A DNA stretch of 61,210 nucleotides, filler included, from Nitrospinae bacterium RIFCSPLOWO2_12_FULL_45_22 (GTDB lineage Bacteria; 2-12-FULL-45-22), in the NCBI GenBank assembly GCA_001803565.1. It is 7 parts of 7 records of this genome, joined end to end, with 100 filler letters (N's around TTAATTAATTAA, not from the genome) between each part and the next. Parts side by side here need not be neighbours in the genome. Positions count along the whole stretch, not along the records: positions 16,443 to 23,119 come from MHDQ01000114.1; positions 23,220 to 37,824 come from MHDQ01000115.1; 5 more parts are not named here. The stretch is one strand, 5' to 3'. A program made the translations under genes and the position numbers. The number at the start of each line of letters is the position of its first letter. The first letter of the stretch is position 1. The notes beneath the pieces are model-generated. The model was not told the origin of the DNA. It saw nothing but the letters and a program-made list of their open reading frames with translations, and searched no databases. Below are positions 20,259-30,630 of the stretch, piece by piece.

Positions 20259-21287
20259 ATGGTTGATTTCGAATTAAAATACATTGTATGGAGTTGCACC
20301 AAGCTCTGTAATTTCTATTGTATCCACTGTGCTAAAGATGCCGGTGATCCTTTACCTGATGAGTTAACAACCGCAGAGGCCCGGAGCCTTTTGGGACAGA
20401 TCGCTGAGTTTCAAGTCCCCCTGTTTATAGCCGGTGTAGAACCTCTTATGCGGAAAGATATCCTGGAACTTACCCGCTATAGCGCAGAATTAGGTATGGA
20501 TGTCTATCTAAAGACTAATGGCTGGTATCTGGATGATCAGGTAGCGGAGCAATTAGCTGCCCACAAGGTCAAGGTCATTATTGGTATGAGTGGTAATGAA
20601 GAAGTGCAGGAGAGGGTCCGGGGTAAAGGTTCTTTCCAAAGGGCCGTTGATGCTGCCAAGCGCACTGCCCAGCGCGGCAATCTATTGGGGATCAGTGTCT
20701 GGTTAACCAAATTTACCCTGGATCAGATCCCGGAATTGATTGATCTAGCTATCTCAGTTGGGGCAAAAGAATTTAGCCTGGCAGACTATACACCCCAGGG
20801 AAGGACTAAAGAGATATATAAAAGGCTGATGCCCAGCCCGCAAGAATACGAAAAGACCCTGCATGATATCTATCGCTACTACAAGGAATTACAGGATAAG
20901 ATCATTGTCTTTCCCTATACCATCTTTTCCCGGCGGATCATGAAGACTAAAGAGCCCCAGATGGAACTGACCAAGGCCTGTAGCCTCCATGATTGGCTCG
21001 AGATATCAGAGGATGGTAAGGTATACCCCTGTCGCTCTATGGAATTATTGGTAGGTGATATCAGAAAACAACCCCTCAAGACTATCTGGGAGAAACTGCC
21101 TTATTCCGATACCGGTGATCTGATCGGTAAGTTATATAGTAGGGAGCATATCCGGGGAAAGTGTGGTCAATGTGAATATTTTGATATATGTGGTGGGTGC
21201 CGGGCCCGGGCCCGGGCCATGACTGGGGATATGTTTGCCGCTGACCCAGCCTGCCCTTATATTCCTTCCTCAAGTCCCAAGATCTAG
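20259..21287 (+). CDS. Radical SAM/SPASM protein (NirJ/Ahb-like)
   Basis: CNFYCIHC, GKVYPC, CGQCEYFDICGGCRARA...ADPAC. Confidence 0.9.
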   Translation: MVDFELKYIVWSCTKLCNFYCIHCAKDAGDPLPDELTTAEARSLLGQIAEFQVPLFIAGVEPLMRKDILELTRYSAELGMDVYLKTNGWYLDDQVAEQLAAHKVKVIIGMSGNEEVQERVRGKGSFQRAVDAAKRTAQRGNLLGISVWLTKFTLDQIPELIDLAISVGAKEFSLADYTPQGRTKEIYKRLMPSPQEYEKTLHDIYRYYKELQDKIIVFPYTIFSRRIMKTKEPQMELTKACSLHDWLEISEDGKVYPCRSMELLVGDIRKQPLKTIWEKLPYSDTGDLIGKLYSREHIRGKCGQCEYFDICGGCRARARAMTGDMFAADPACPYIPSSSPKI

Positions 21288-21410
21288 AGATTTGATTCAT
21301 ACTTTGATGGCTATTTTAGGCAGTTTACCCAAACCATTAAGGCATCAGCGCTTTTGCAACTGATGCCTAGCTGCTTAAAACTTCAGCTATTTTTAATCGG
21401 GAGGTAGCTT

Positions 21411-22319
21411 ATGAAAAAATTCTTTCTGATCACTTTGACTTGTTTTCTGGTTTTAGGCGTTGGCCTTGCAATGGCCCAGCAAGACTTTTCCAAAGTCGAA
21501 ATCAAGGCATACCGTGTCCACGGTAATATTTACATGCTGGAGGGTAGCGGCGGTAACATCGGGGCTTCAGTAGGGCCTGACGGGATTTTGATAGTGGACG
21601 ATCAATTTGCTCCGCTAGCGGATAAAATCCAGGCAGTCCTCAAAGGCATTGGTGGGGGTAGGCTAAAATTTATCCTCAACACTCACTGGCACTATGACCA
21701 CACTGGCGGGAATAAAGTCTTTGGCCCTGAAGCCCCAATCATCGCCCATACCAATGTACGGAAGCGGTTAATGACGGAGCAGAAGATTTTTGACCGGATT
21801 ATACCACCAGAACCCAAAGATGCATGGCCTGTTATTACCTTTGACGCTTCTTTGTCACTCCATTTCAATGGTGAAGAAATTAAAATGATTCATTTCCCCC
21901 ATGGCCATACCGATGGCGACAGCGTCATTTTCTTTACCCGATCCAATGTAGTGCATATGGGGGATCATTTTTTTGCCGGTCGGTTCCCTTTTGTTGACCT
22001 TGGCAGTGGCGGCGATGCCGAAGGCCTGATCAAGAATGTTGGGGCGGTGATCCATCAATTTTCGGCTGATGTAAAGATCATTCCAGGGCATGGGCCACTT
22101 TCTACACTGGATGACTTAAAAACCTATCACCGGATGTTGATTGAGACTACAGATATAGTTCATCAGCGGATAGCAGCGGGGAAGAACCTTGAGAAAATAA
22201 AGGCCGAGGGCATGCCCGATAAATGGAAATCGTGGGGTTCCGGCTTCATTTCAACTGACCAATGGATCGAAATCATCTACCGGAGCCTCACAAAGAAGGA
22301 TGTCACTCTTACACCATGA
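21411..22319 (+). CDS. Secreted MBL-fold metallo-hydrolase
   Basis: Signal peptide, NTHWHYDHTGGN, GHTDGD, HMGD, IPGHG. Confidence 0.92.
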   Translation: MKKFFLITLTCFLVLGVGLAMAQQDFSKVEIKAYRVHGNIYMLEGSGGNIGASVGPDGILIVDDQFAPLADKIQAVLKGIGGGRLKFILNTHWHYDHTGGNKVFGPEAPIIAHTNVRKRLMTEQKIFDRIIPPEPKDAWPVITFDASLSLHFNGEEIKMIHFPHGHTDGDSVIFFTRSNVVHMGDHFFAGRFPFVDLGSGGDAEGLIKNVGAVIHQFSADVKIIPGHGPLSTLDDLKTYHRMLIETTDIVHQRIAAGKNLEKIKAEGMPDKWKSWGSGFISTDQWIEIIYRSLTKKDVTLTP

Positions 22320-22546
22320 CATCCATCCATTAGATGCCCGATGAAGCTATTCCCATCGAAGATGCCCAGAGGGATTACGCTCACCAGCGCAACAAATGCG
22401 GACATCCAGATGTACCACGGTTGCCATGAGTTTCTGCCAGGTAGTGGCCATATCCGCTTATCGGGTCTCACCAACGTAAATATCAGTGCTATTCCCATCA
22501 GGAGTTCACAGATAAGTATGACTGCAAATAGAAGTCCAGCGATCAT
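22320..22546 (-). pseudogene. Truncated membrane-protein cassette gene
   Basis: Hydrophobic N-terminal fragment (PDKRIWPLPGRNSWQ) immediately after an attC site, running into the convergent MBL gene. Confidence 0.4.
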
Positions 22547-22572
22547 TTTTGTTATTATCCTGGTGTGGCCCC

Positions 22573-22631
22573 TGACAACGCCTGAACTGTGCGGCAGACG
22601 ATAGGCTGTCCGCACGAGTGATTTGTTATGC
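22573..22631 (-). mobile_element. Integron attC site
   Basis: Minus strand GCATAAC-AAATCACTCGTGCGGACAGC...GCCGCACAGTTCAGGC-GTTGTCA; 59-bp imperfect palindrome with the toxin stop codon inside R''. Confidence 0.8.
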
Positions 22632-22964
22632 ACCTATTATTTCATTCAACCCTTCAATAACCCGATCCAATTCCTCTGGAGACGCCTTGCCAATCATTTT
22701 CCCAATCCTCTCAACGGAAAGCGTCCGAATCTGACTTATTTTGACCCATGATCGTTTGGGCAAATCCTCGGTTTTTAATTCAAGAGTAAGTGGAAAGCCT
22801 GCTCGTTGTGGTTGACTCGTAATAGCTACCGCAATAATAGTTCCAGAACGTTCATTAAAAATGTCATGACTTAAAATCAAAACGGGCCGTAAGCCTGCCT
22901 GCTCACGACCCCTCACCGGGTTCAAGTCAGCCCATCTAATATCGCCCCTCAGTATTCGGGCCAT
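22626..22964 (-). CDS. PemK/MazF family toxin
   Basis: [42 protein letters not shown]. Confidence 0.93.
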   Translation of the reverse strand: MARILRGDIRWADLNPVRGREQAGLRPVLILSHDIFNERSGTIIAVAITSQPQRAGFPLTLELKTEDLPKRSWVKISQIRTLSVERIGKMIGKASPEELDRVIEGLNEIIGA

Positions 22965-23119
22965 TGACTCAAATCCTCAGCTAATCCTTCTTCCGCCAGT
23001 GTCTTCTCAAAAGTCCTGTCGAGCTTAGCGCATTCTTTGGCCAAACGGGTGCGTTTCATTTTTGAAAGCTTTTCTTCTACAGCATCCTGAATTGCCTGGC
23101 TGCGGTTTTGAAAAAAATG
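22949..23119 (-). CDS. RHH antitoxin, N-terminus truncated
   Basis: [16 protein letters not shown]...LAKECAKLD...[16 protein letters not shown], overlapping the toxin start. Confidence 0.8.
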   Translation of the reverse strand, partial: HFFQNRSQAIQDAVEEKLSKMKRTRLAKECAKLDRTFEKTLAEEGLAEDLSQWPEY

Positions 23120-23219
23120 NNNNNNNNNNNNNNNNNNNNNNNNNNNNNNNNNNNNNNNNNNNNTTAATTAATTAANNNNNNNNNNNNNNNNNNNNNNNNN
23201 NNNNNNNNNNNNNNNNNNN
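23120..23219. other. Artificial contig linker
   Basis: N44-TTAATTAATTAA-N44. Confidence 0.99.
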
Positions 23220-23325
23220 CTCGAGTTTATAAAACTGTATAACAAAAATTCAAAACCATTTCGCTGGACTTATACGGGAGACCCTCTCACGATATAAGTA
23301 TATTAATTAATGTTACAGACTACTA
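23220..23325 (+). mobile_element. 3' end of an IS630-family element
   Basis: LEFIKLYNKNSKPFRWTYTGDPLTI* transposase C-terminus, then an end sequence ...TGTTACAGACTACTA at a TA/CTAG site. Confidence 0.75.
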
Positions 23326-23569
23326 GTACTTCGTTACATTAAAATGTTTCCAAATGCGTAACCAAGTCTTTGCCACGAAGTCACAAAGACACAAAAGTTC
23401 TAATTCATTGTTTTTAAAGAAAAAAAATAACTCTTTGTGCCTTAGTGCCTTTGTGGCTAATACAAGTTTTTATTGTATACTTTTTTATGAAACGTTCTAC
23501 TAGTCAGTGGTCATTAGGTCATTAGTAATTAGAAAAAAACCAATGACCAGTGACTAATGACCACTGACT
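23323..23569. repeat. Nested palindromic repeats plus inverted heptamer array
   Basis: Outer CTAGTACTTCGTTACAT...ATGAAACGTTCTACTAG; inner GCCACGAAGTCACAAAGACACAAA...TTTGTGCCTTAGTGCCTTTGTGGC; then AGTCAGTGGTCATT...AATGACCACTGACT. Confidence 0.75.
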
Positions 23570-23592
23570 TTAAGGGAAGTGAGGTTTTTTGT

Positions 23593-25185
23593 ATGAGTCG
23601 TACTATAAAGATCTATGATACTACCTTACGGGACGGGACTCAAGGGGAAGAGATATGTTTCTCCCTGGAAGACAAATTGAGGATCGCCCAGAAGCTGGAT
23701 GAATTAGGCATCCATTATATTGAAGGCGGCTGGCCCGGCTCCAATCCCAAGGATATATCCTTTTTTACAGAGATTAAAAAAGTCCCCCTAAAATCCGCTA
23801 AGGTTGCTGCTTTTGGTAGCACCCGCCGGGCAAAAGTAAAGGCCGCAGATGATTATAATATAAAAACCCTTTTAGAAGCCCAAACCCCAGTAGTAACCAT
23901 TGTAGGGAAAACCTGGGACTTGCATGTAAAATATGCCCTGGGGGTCTCTCTAGAAGAAAACCTGGAGCTGATTTATGACACCCTGTCTTATCTTAAAAGA
24001 CAAACCGATGAAGTCATTTTCGATGCCGAGCATTTCTTTGATGGCTTTAAACGTAATCAGACCTATGCCTTAAAATGCCTCCAGGTAGCGAAAGAGGCTG
24101 GTGTGGATTGGATCGTCATGTGCGATACTAACGGCGGGACTTTAGTCCATGAATTGCCTGGGATTTTGGAAAAAGTAAAAAAGGTAATAACGCCTATCCC
24201 CTTTGGTATCCATACCCATAATGATACCGAAATGGCGGTAGCTAACTCTATCATGGCCATACAATGTGGTGCCGAACAAGTACAAGGGACTATTAACGGC
24301 TATGGTGAGAGGTGTGGCAATGCTAACCTCTGCTCTATCATACCCAATTTGAAGCTCAAGCTCTCTCTGGGATGTATTGCTGATGAGCAACTCACCCGGC
24401 TGCGGGAAGTCTCTCATTTTGTCTCAGAACTGGCCAACCTTAAACCTATGACCCACCAGCCCTATGTGGGCAATAGTGCCTTTGCCCATAAAGGCGGTAT
24501 TCATGTTAACGCCATACAAAAAAATCGAGAGACTTATGAACATATCCAGCCGGAGTTGGTAGGTAATAAACAAAGGGTATTGGTCTCTGACCTTTCCGGG
24601 AAAAGCAATGTTATGTATAAAGCCAATGAGTTTAAAATAGACCTAAAAGATAGAGAACCGGAGATCAAGCAGATTCTCAACTCCCTTAAAGAATTAGAGC
24701 ATCAAGGTTATCAATTCGAAGGGGCGGAAGGTTCTTTTGCCCTATTAATGAAAGAGGCATTAGGGGAGAGGAAGAAATTTTTTGATTTGCAGGGGTTCAG
24801 GGTTATTGTAGAAAAAAGGCAAGGAGATGCTGAGCCCATTTGTGAAGCCACTATTATGCTCGATGTGAATGGAGCTGTAGAGCATACCGCGGCTATTGGC
24901 AATGGGCCAGTAAATGCCCTGGATAATGCCCTGCGTAAAGCCTTAGAAAAATTCTACCCCTCTCTCAAAGAACTTACCCTCCTGGATTATAAAGTGCGTA
25001 TCCTTGATGAAAGTAGCGGTACGGAAGCTAAGACCCGGGTATTGGTCGAGTCCGGAGACCGGGAGGGAAAGTGGGGCACAGTGGGAGTATCCCGGAATAT
25101 TATAGAGGCTAGCTGGCAAGCCCTGGTTGATGCCATTGAATACAAACTCGAAAAGGAATGCGAGAACGATCCCCAGGCTAAATAG
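23593..25185 (+). CDS. cimA: Citramalate synthase
   Basis: [60 protein letters not shown]. Confidence 0.93.
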   Translation: MSRTIKIYDTTLRDGTQGEEICFSLEDKLRIAQKLDELGIHYIEGGWPGSNPKDISFFTEIKKVPLKSAKVAAFGSTRRAKVKAADDYNIKTLLEAQTPVVTIVGKTWDLHVKYALGVSLEENLELIYDTLSYLKRQTDEVIFDAEHFFDGFKRNQTYALKCLQVAKEAGVDWIVMCDTNGGTLVHELPGILEKVKKVITPIPFGIHTHNDTEMAVANSIMAIQCGAEQVQGTINGYGERCGNANLCSIIPNLKLKLSLGCIADEQLTRLREVSHFVSELANLKPMTHQPYVGNSAFAHKGGIHVNAIQKNRETYEHIQPELVGNKQRVLVSDLSGKSNVMYKANEFKIDLKDREPEIKQILNSLKELEHQGYQFEGAEGSFALLMKEALGERKKFFDLQGFRVIVEKRQGDAEPICEATIMLDVNGAVEHTAAIGNGPVNALDNALRKALEKFYPSLKELTLLDYKVRILDESSGTEAKTRVLVESGDREGKWGTVGVSRNIIEASWQALVDAIEYKLEKECENDPQAK

Positions 25186-25253
25186 ATAAGGGCCAAATAG
25201 CTTATTGCTTAATTAATTATTATATTAAACGTCATAAATAAGACGACATAAGT

Positions 25254-25391
25254 AAATCCTAAATTCTGATTACTAAATCCTAAACAAATTCTAAATTCAA
25301 ATATTCAAATTCAAGTTTAATGATGGTTAATAATCATTTTGAATTCTTGTCATTTGATATTGTTTAGAATTTAGAGTTTCGGATTTAGGGT
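25254..25391. repeat. Inverted heptamer-like array (AAATCCT/AAATTCT family), empty
   Basis: AAATCCTAAATTCTGATTACTAAATCCTAAACAAATTCTAAATTC ... TGTTTAGAATTTAGAGTTTCGGATTTAGGG. Confidence 0.7.
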
Positions 25392-25465
25392 TTATTTTAA
25401 AGAAACTCGTTTGCTTATTATTGTCGTTGAGTATAGTTATTATTTGCTGAAAGGAGAGGGGAGCG

Positions 25466-28108
25466 ATGGTCAGAAAATATGTCTATTTCTTTGGCCCTGA
25501 TGGTACAGATGGGAATGGGGCCATGCGAGACTTGTTAGGTGGTAAAGGGGCTGATTTAGCAGAAATGACCCGGCTGGGTATTCCGGTACCACCAGGGTTT
25601 ACTATTACTACCGAGGCATGCATAGAATATTTTACCAATAACCAGCAATATCCCCCAGGCATCTGGGAGCAACTAGAAGAACATCTTGCTAAACTAGAAA
25701 AGGCTATGGGAGCCAAATTCGGTCAGAAAGACCATCCCCTCTTAGTCTCTGTCCGCTCTGGCGCACGGGTATCTATGCCAGGGATGATGGATACAGTGCT
25801 AAATTTAGGTCTTAACGATGATACGTTGGAAGGTTTAATCAAGGTCTCTAACAATCCGAGATTTGCCTACGATAGTTACCGGCGATTCTTAACCATGTTT
25901 GGTAATGTGGTGCTGGGGATAGAACATAACCTCTTTGAAGAGGTCCTGGAAGAGGTAAAGAAGAGGGTAGCGGTTAAAACCGATGTAGAGCTTGGGGCTA
26001 ATGAGCTGAAGGAGATTGTTAAGCTATATAAAGAATTGATCCGAAAGCAAAAAGGGGCTCCGTTTCCCCACGATCCCAAAGAGCAGTTAAAGTTGGCTAT
26101 TAACGCCGTATTCAATTCCTGGAATAATCAACGGGCCATTACCTACCGAAGAATCAATAATATACCCGATGAGTGGGGGACCGCCGTGAATGTCCAGGCC
26201 ATGGTCTTTGGTAATCTGGGCAATGATTCTGCCACGGGTGTAGCCTTTACCCGTAACCCCTCTACCGGTGAAAACCGGTTTTATGGTGAATACTTAATGA
26301 ATGCCCAGGGAGAGGATGTAGTAGCCGGAATCCGTACGCCTGAAAACATAGAATCCTTAAAAGAGCCACTCCCAGGAGCATATGCTGAGTTGATGCGAAT
26401 CTATAAGAAGCTGGAAAACCATTATAAAGATATGCAGGATATAGAGTTTACTATCCAGAAGGGTAGGCTATATATGCTGCAGACCAGAAGGGGTAAAAGG
26501 ACGGCCGCGGCGGCGGTTCGAGTGGCGGTAGAAATGGTAGAGGAAGGATTAATAGATAGAAATACGGCAGTCTTAAGGGTAGAACCTGGTCAGGTAGATC
26601 AATTGCTCCACCCTATGATTGATCCTAAGGCTAAATACCAGGTCATTGCCCGGGGCTTGCCAGCTTCTCCAGGCGCAGCCGTAGGTAAAGTAGTATTCAC
26701 GGCTGAAGAGGCAGAAAAACGGGCTTCGCAGGGAGAAAAAGTTGTCCTGGTTAGGCAAGAAACCTCACCGGAAGACATCGGGGGGATGAATGCCGCTCAA
26801 GGGATCCTTACTGCTAGAGGTGGTATGACCTCCCATGCTGCCGTGGTAGCCCGCGGTATGGGCAAGTGCTGTATAGTGGGCTGTGGAGACATAACGATTG
26901 ATGAAAAAGAACACCGGTTCTCCCTTAACCAATCTTTGATGGTTAAAGAGGGGGATGTTATTTCCCTTAATGGCAGTACCGGCGATGTAATCCTGGGGCC
27001 GGTGAAGCTAGTCCAGCCCACACTGACGGGTAACTTTGCTAAGCTTATGGAATGGGCGGATGAAGTCCGCACTATAGGCATCCGGGCTAATGCTGATACC
27101 CCCCATGATGCCCAGGTAGCCAGAGATTTTGGTGCGCAGGGTATTGGGCTTTGTCGCACGGAGCATATGTTTTTCGAGCGTGATAGGATCCTGGCCGTAC
27201 GGGAGATGATCCTGGCTGACACCAAAGAAGAGCGGGAAAAGGCCCTGGCCAAGATCCTGCCTATGCAGAAGAAAGATTTCCGGGAGATATTCAAGGTAAT
27301 GGATGGGCTACCGGTGACTATTCGGCTGCTAGACCCGCCTCTACATGAATTCTTACCCCATACTGAAGAAGAGATCGCCAAGCTGGCAGAAGAAATGAGG
27401 GTCTCGCCGGAAAAACTCAGGCATAAGGTTGAGAGCCTGCGAGAGATGAACCCTATGCTAGGCCACCGGGGTTGCCGCTTAGGAATCACCTATCCGGAAA
27501 TTTATGATATGCAGTCCCGGGCGATCTGTGAAGCGGCTTGTGAGCTGTTAAAAGAAGGATACAATGTATTACCTGAAATAATGATCCCTCTGGTAGGTCA
27601 CGTAAAAGAATTATCAGTTACCAGAAAGAATGTGGAGCGGATAGCCCAGCAAATAATGGCAGAGAAGGGAGTGAACGTCAGTTATCTAGCAGGTACTATG
27701 ATAGAGCTGCCCCGGGCGGCCTTAACCGCCGACCAGATTGCCCGGGAGGCAGAGTTCTTCTCTTTTGGCACCAACGACCTGACCCAAACGGTATATGGCC
27801 TAAGCCGCGACGATGCGGCTAATTTCCTCCCATTTTATGTAGAACATGGCCTGTACCCGATAGATCCTTTCATAGCCATTGATCAGGAAGGCGTGGGGCA
27901 ATTAATGGAGATAGGGGTCAAAAAAGGCAGGGCGGTCAGGCCTGATTTAAAGATCGGTATCTGTGGTGAACATGGTGGTGAACCTAGTTCTATTAATTTC
28001 TGCCATTCCATAGGCTTAAATTATGTGAGTTGTTCCCCCTTCCGGGTGCCTATAGCTCGCTTAGCCGGTGCTCATGCTGCCCTGCAAAACAAGAGGAGAG
28101 ATGGGTAA
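25466..28108 (+). CDS. ppdK: Pyruvate phosphate dikinase
   Basis: LLGGKGA, LLVSVRSGARVSMPGMMDT, GGMTSHAAVVARG, GIGLCRTEHMF, FSFGTNDLTQ, GICGEHGG. Confidence 0.99.
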   Translation: MVRKYVYFFGPDGTDGNGAMRDLLGGKGADLAEMTRLGIPVPPGFTITTEACIEYFTNNQQYPPGIWEQLEEHLAKLEKAMGAKFGQKDHPLLVSVRSGARVSMPGMMDTVLNLGLNDDTLEGLIKVSNNPRFAYDSYRRFLTMFGNVVLGIEHNLFEEVLEEVKKRVAVKTDVELGANELKEIVKLYKELIRKQKGAPFPHDPKEQLKLAINAVFNSWNNQRAITYRRINNIPDEWGTAVNVQAMVFGNLGNDSATGVAFTRNPSTGENRFYGEYLMNAQGEDVVAGIRTPENIESLKEPLPGAYAELMRIYKKLENHYKDMQDIEFTIQKGRLYMLQTRRGKRTAAAAVRVAVEMVEEGLIDRNTAVLRVEPGQVDQLLHPMIDPKAKYQVIARGLPASPGAAVGKVVFTAEEAEKRASQGEKVVLVRQETSPEDIGGMNAAQGILTARGGMTSHAAVVARGMGKCCIVGCGDITIDEKEHRFSLNQSLMVKEGDVISLNGSTGDVILGPVKLVQPTLTGNFAKLMEWADEVRTIGIRANADTPHDAQVARDFGAQGIGLCRTEHMFFERDRILAVREMILADTKEEREKALAKILPMQKKDFREIFKVMDGLPVTIRLLDPPLHEFLPHTEEEIAKLAEEMRVSPEKLRHKVESLREMNPMLGHRGCRLGITYPEIYDMQSRAICEAACELLKEGYNVLPEIMIPLVGHVKELSVTRKNVERIAQQIMAEKGVNVSYLAGTMIELPRAALTADQIAREAEFFSFGTNDLTQTVYGLSRDDAANFLPFYVEHGLYPIDPFIAIDQEGVGQLMEIGVKKGRAVRPDLKIGICGEHGGEPSSINFCHSIGLNYVSCSPFRVPIARLAGAHAALQNKRRDG

Positions 28109-28111
28109 TAG

Positions 28112-29227
28112 TTGGCTAACAAGCACTTCATGAACCGGGCCCTGACTTTAGCAGCCAGGGGCAAGGGCCAAACTACTCCTAACCCATTAGTGGGAGCTGT
28201 TATTGCTAATAGAGGAAAGATTGTCGGGGAGGGCTATCATGCCCAGGCTGGCAGACCTCATGCTGAAATAATAGCCCTTCAACAAGCCAAACAACTCGCC
28301 GCTGGCGCTACTCTATATATCAATCTGGAGCCCTGCTGTCATTATGGCCGCACCCCGCCCTGTACTAAAGCCATTATAGAAAGCGGTATAAAGAGGGTGG
28401 TACTGGCCATGTTGGACCCTAATCCCCTGGTATCCGGGAAAGGCAAAGAAGAGCTTATCCGGGCTGGTATCCCGGTAGAAACCGGGCTGATGGCCCAACA
28501 AGCCTATCAACTCAATGAAGTCTTCATAAAATATATTACCACCCAAAGACCTTTTGTTATCCTTAAGGCCGCTATCAGCCTGGATGGAAAGCTAGCTACC
28601 GCTAGCGGTCAATCCCGCTGGATAACTGGTATCCAATCCCGACAAATGAGCCACCAGCTCCGCCAGGAGGTAGACGCCATACTCATTGGAAAGGGGACAG
28701 TATTGGCGGATGATCCGCTATTGACTGTCCGGTTACCCGAAGTAAAGGCAAAAAACCCCATAAAAGTGGTGGTGGATAGTACCCTGGAGATCCCCCTGGA
28801 AGCAAAGATATTCTCAGCCCAGTCCCCTGCCTCTACTATAGTTGCTACTCTGCGACATGCCCCCAGAGAAAAGATCAAACAGCTAGAAGAGAGAGGGATT
28901 CGGGTATTGATATTGCCTGAGAAGGATCAACGCGTAGACCTGGCGGAGCTCATGCAAATCCTGGCCCAGGAAGAGGTTGCTAGCATAATGATTGAAGGAG
29001 GGGCAGAGATAAATGCCACCGCCCTCCAGCTTGGTATTGTGGATAAAGTAATCTTCTTCATTGCCCCAATTATTATTGGGGGGAAATCAGCCCCTGGTGT
29101 GCTGGGTGGGACTGGGTTTCCCGATCTTAAAAAAGCCGTGCGCTTAGAAAAGATTCAGATAAAGAAGCTGGGTAGAGACTATATGCTCCAGGGCTACATC
29201 CGGCAAACAACTGTAAGTAGTAAGTAG
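28112..29227 (+). CDS. ribD: Bifunctional riboflavin deaminase/reductase
   Basis: PNPLVGAV, HAE, LEPCCHYGRTPPC, SLDGK, IEGG. Confidence 0.97.
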   Translation: MANKHFMNRALTLAARGKGQTTPNPLVGAVIANRGKIVGEGYHAQAGRPHAEIIALQQAKQLAAGATLYINLEPCCHYGRTPPCTKAIIESGIKRVVLAMLDPNPLVSGKGKEELIRAGIPVETGLMAQQAYQLNEVFIKYITTQRPFVILKAAISLDGKLATASGQSRWITGIQSRQMSHQLRQEVDAILIGKGTVLADDPLLTVRLPEVKAKNPIKVVVDSTLEIPLEAKIFSAQSPASTIVATLRHAPREKIKQLEERGIRVLILPEKDQRVDLAELMQILAQEEVASIMIEGGAEINATALQLGIVDKVIFFIAPIIIGGKSAPGVLGGTGFPDLKKAVRLEKIQIKKLGRDYMLQGYIRQTTVSSK

Positions 29228-29284
29228 TAAGTAGTAAGGAGAAGATTCAATGAGAAAGTCTCCTTACCCCTCACCCCTTACCAG
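29213..29284. repeat. Inverted heptamer array (GTAAGTA family), empty
   Basis: GTAAGTA x3 then GTAAGGAG ... CTCCTTACCCCTCACCCCTTACC; supplies the ribD stop codon. Confidence 0.75.
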
Positions 29285-29285
29285 G

Positions 29286-30473
29286 TTAACGGCGGGGTAA
29301 GCCTAATCCAATGTTGGAAATGACATTCCGTTGGATCTCCGGTGTCCCACCAGCGAAAAGAGAACCCAGCGTACCTTGATAGGCTGAGGCCGTCCATCCA
29401 GCTAAAGGAGCCCATTTGGAACCTTTAGCCAGTTGGCCGTAAAGCCCTAGAATATCCATACCTATCCGGGCAATACGGAAGTTTAGCTCATCACCAAAAG
29501 TCTTTGCCAGCGAGGCTTCATAACTAGGGAAAAGCCGCTTCCCTTGCATCCAAATAACGCGATAGGTGAGGAGTCGTGCTACCTGTACCTCGATAGCCAG
29601 CTCAGCCAGCTTGTGCCGAACCATAGGGTCTTGAGCAAGAGGCTGGCCATTATGGCGCATCTCTTTAGCACAGGCGATCAATTCGTCGAGGGCACGGCGG
29701 GCCTGCCCGGCCATGGAGGCAAGGGTCCCGCGCTCAAAATTAAGGGTAGCCATCATGATCTTCCAGGCCTCATTCTTCTTCCCCAGCATGTTCGCTTTGG
29801 GGACGCGCACTTCATCAAGATATATCTCATTAAAGCTATGAGCGCCAAGCATATTTATTAGGGGTCGCATGGTAATACCCGGAGACTTCAGGTCTACCAG
29901 GAAGTAACTTAGGCCCTTATGCTTTGGGGCATTAGGATCAGTCCTGGTAGTCAGGTAGCAGTAATCAGAATGATGGGCGAGTGAGGTGAAGACTTTTTGG
30001 CCATTGATAATGTAATCGTCACCATCATCTACGGCACGGGTCTGGATGGCAGCCGAATCTGAGCCAGCACCGGGCTCTGTATAGCCCTGGCACCATATTA
30101 TTTCCCCCCGCGCCGTGGGGACTAAAAACCGTTTCTTCTGCTCCTCAGTGCCATGGACCATAATAGTCGGCCCTATGATACCTGTGCCAGCTACATCCAC
30201 CCGGGGCGCCCTATAGTAAGCCATCTCTTCGTTAAAGATAAGGTATTGCACATCAGAACCGCCTAAGCCACCATATTCCCTGGGCCACCAAAGGGCCAAC
30301 CAGCCTTTCTTCCCCAGCTTTTTAGTAAACTCCCGGGCAAATTCCCACTCTTCTTCCGTCTCTCCTTCCCATAAGGTTAGTACACTCATCCCTTTGCTGG
30401 TAAGCTCTTTCTTAAGAAAATCAAGGACCTCTTGCCGGAACGCCTCTTCCTCCTCGCTGAATCTAAAGTCCAT
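29286..30473 (-). CDS. Acyl-CoA dehydrogenase
   Basis: MDFRFSEEEEAFRQEV, WPREYGG, WCQGYTEPGAGSD, INGQKVFTS, FAGGTPEIQRN. Confidence 0.95.
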   Translation of the reverse strand: MDFRFSEEEEAFRQEVLDFLKKELTSKGMSVLTLWEGETEEEWEFAREFTKKLGKKGWLALWWPREYGGLGGSDVQYLIFNEEMAYYRAPRVDVAGTGIIGPTIMVHGTEEQKKRFLVPTARGEIIWCQGYTEPGAGSDSAAIQTRAVDDGDDYIINGQKVFTSLAHHSDYCYLTTRTDPNAPKHKGLSYFLVDLKSPGITMRPLINMLGAHSFNEIYLDEVRVPKANMLGKKNEAWKIMMATLNFERGTLASMAGQARRALDELIACAKEMRHNGQPLAQDPMVRHKLAELAIEVQVARLLTYRVIWMQGKRLFPSYEASLAKTFGDELNFRIARIGMDILGLYGQLAKGSKWAPLAGWTASAYQGTLGSLFAGGTPEIQRNVISNIGLGLPRR

Positions 30474-30630
30474 ATTCCCCCCCTTTTTCCTTCTGAAAAA
30501 TGCTCCTTCCCAGTCATTGCGAGCCTGCTGAAGGCAAGCATGGCAATCTGATTGGAATTGCCTTTGCCATTTTTATACTCAAATTTGAACTTTTTATATC
30601 ATCCATCTCGATCTGAGTCAAGAGAGATGT

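Noticed and set aside
21300-21376. Possible riboswitch upstream of the MBL gene (AGGCATCAG...CTGATGCCT hairpin)
   Set aside because: I cannot match it to a known aptamer consensus; a simple hairpin explains it.
26540-26566. Resemblance of spacer 226-259 (GAGGAAGGACTAATA) to ppdK
   Set aside because: Short, gapped, purine-rich match at the PAM-distal end; consistent with chance.
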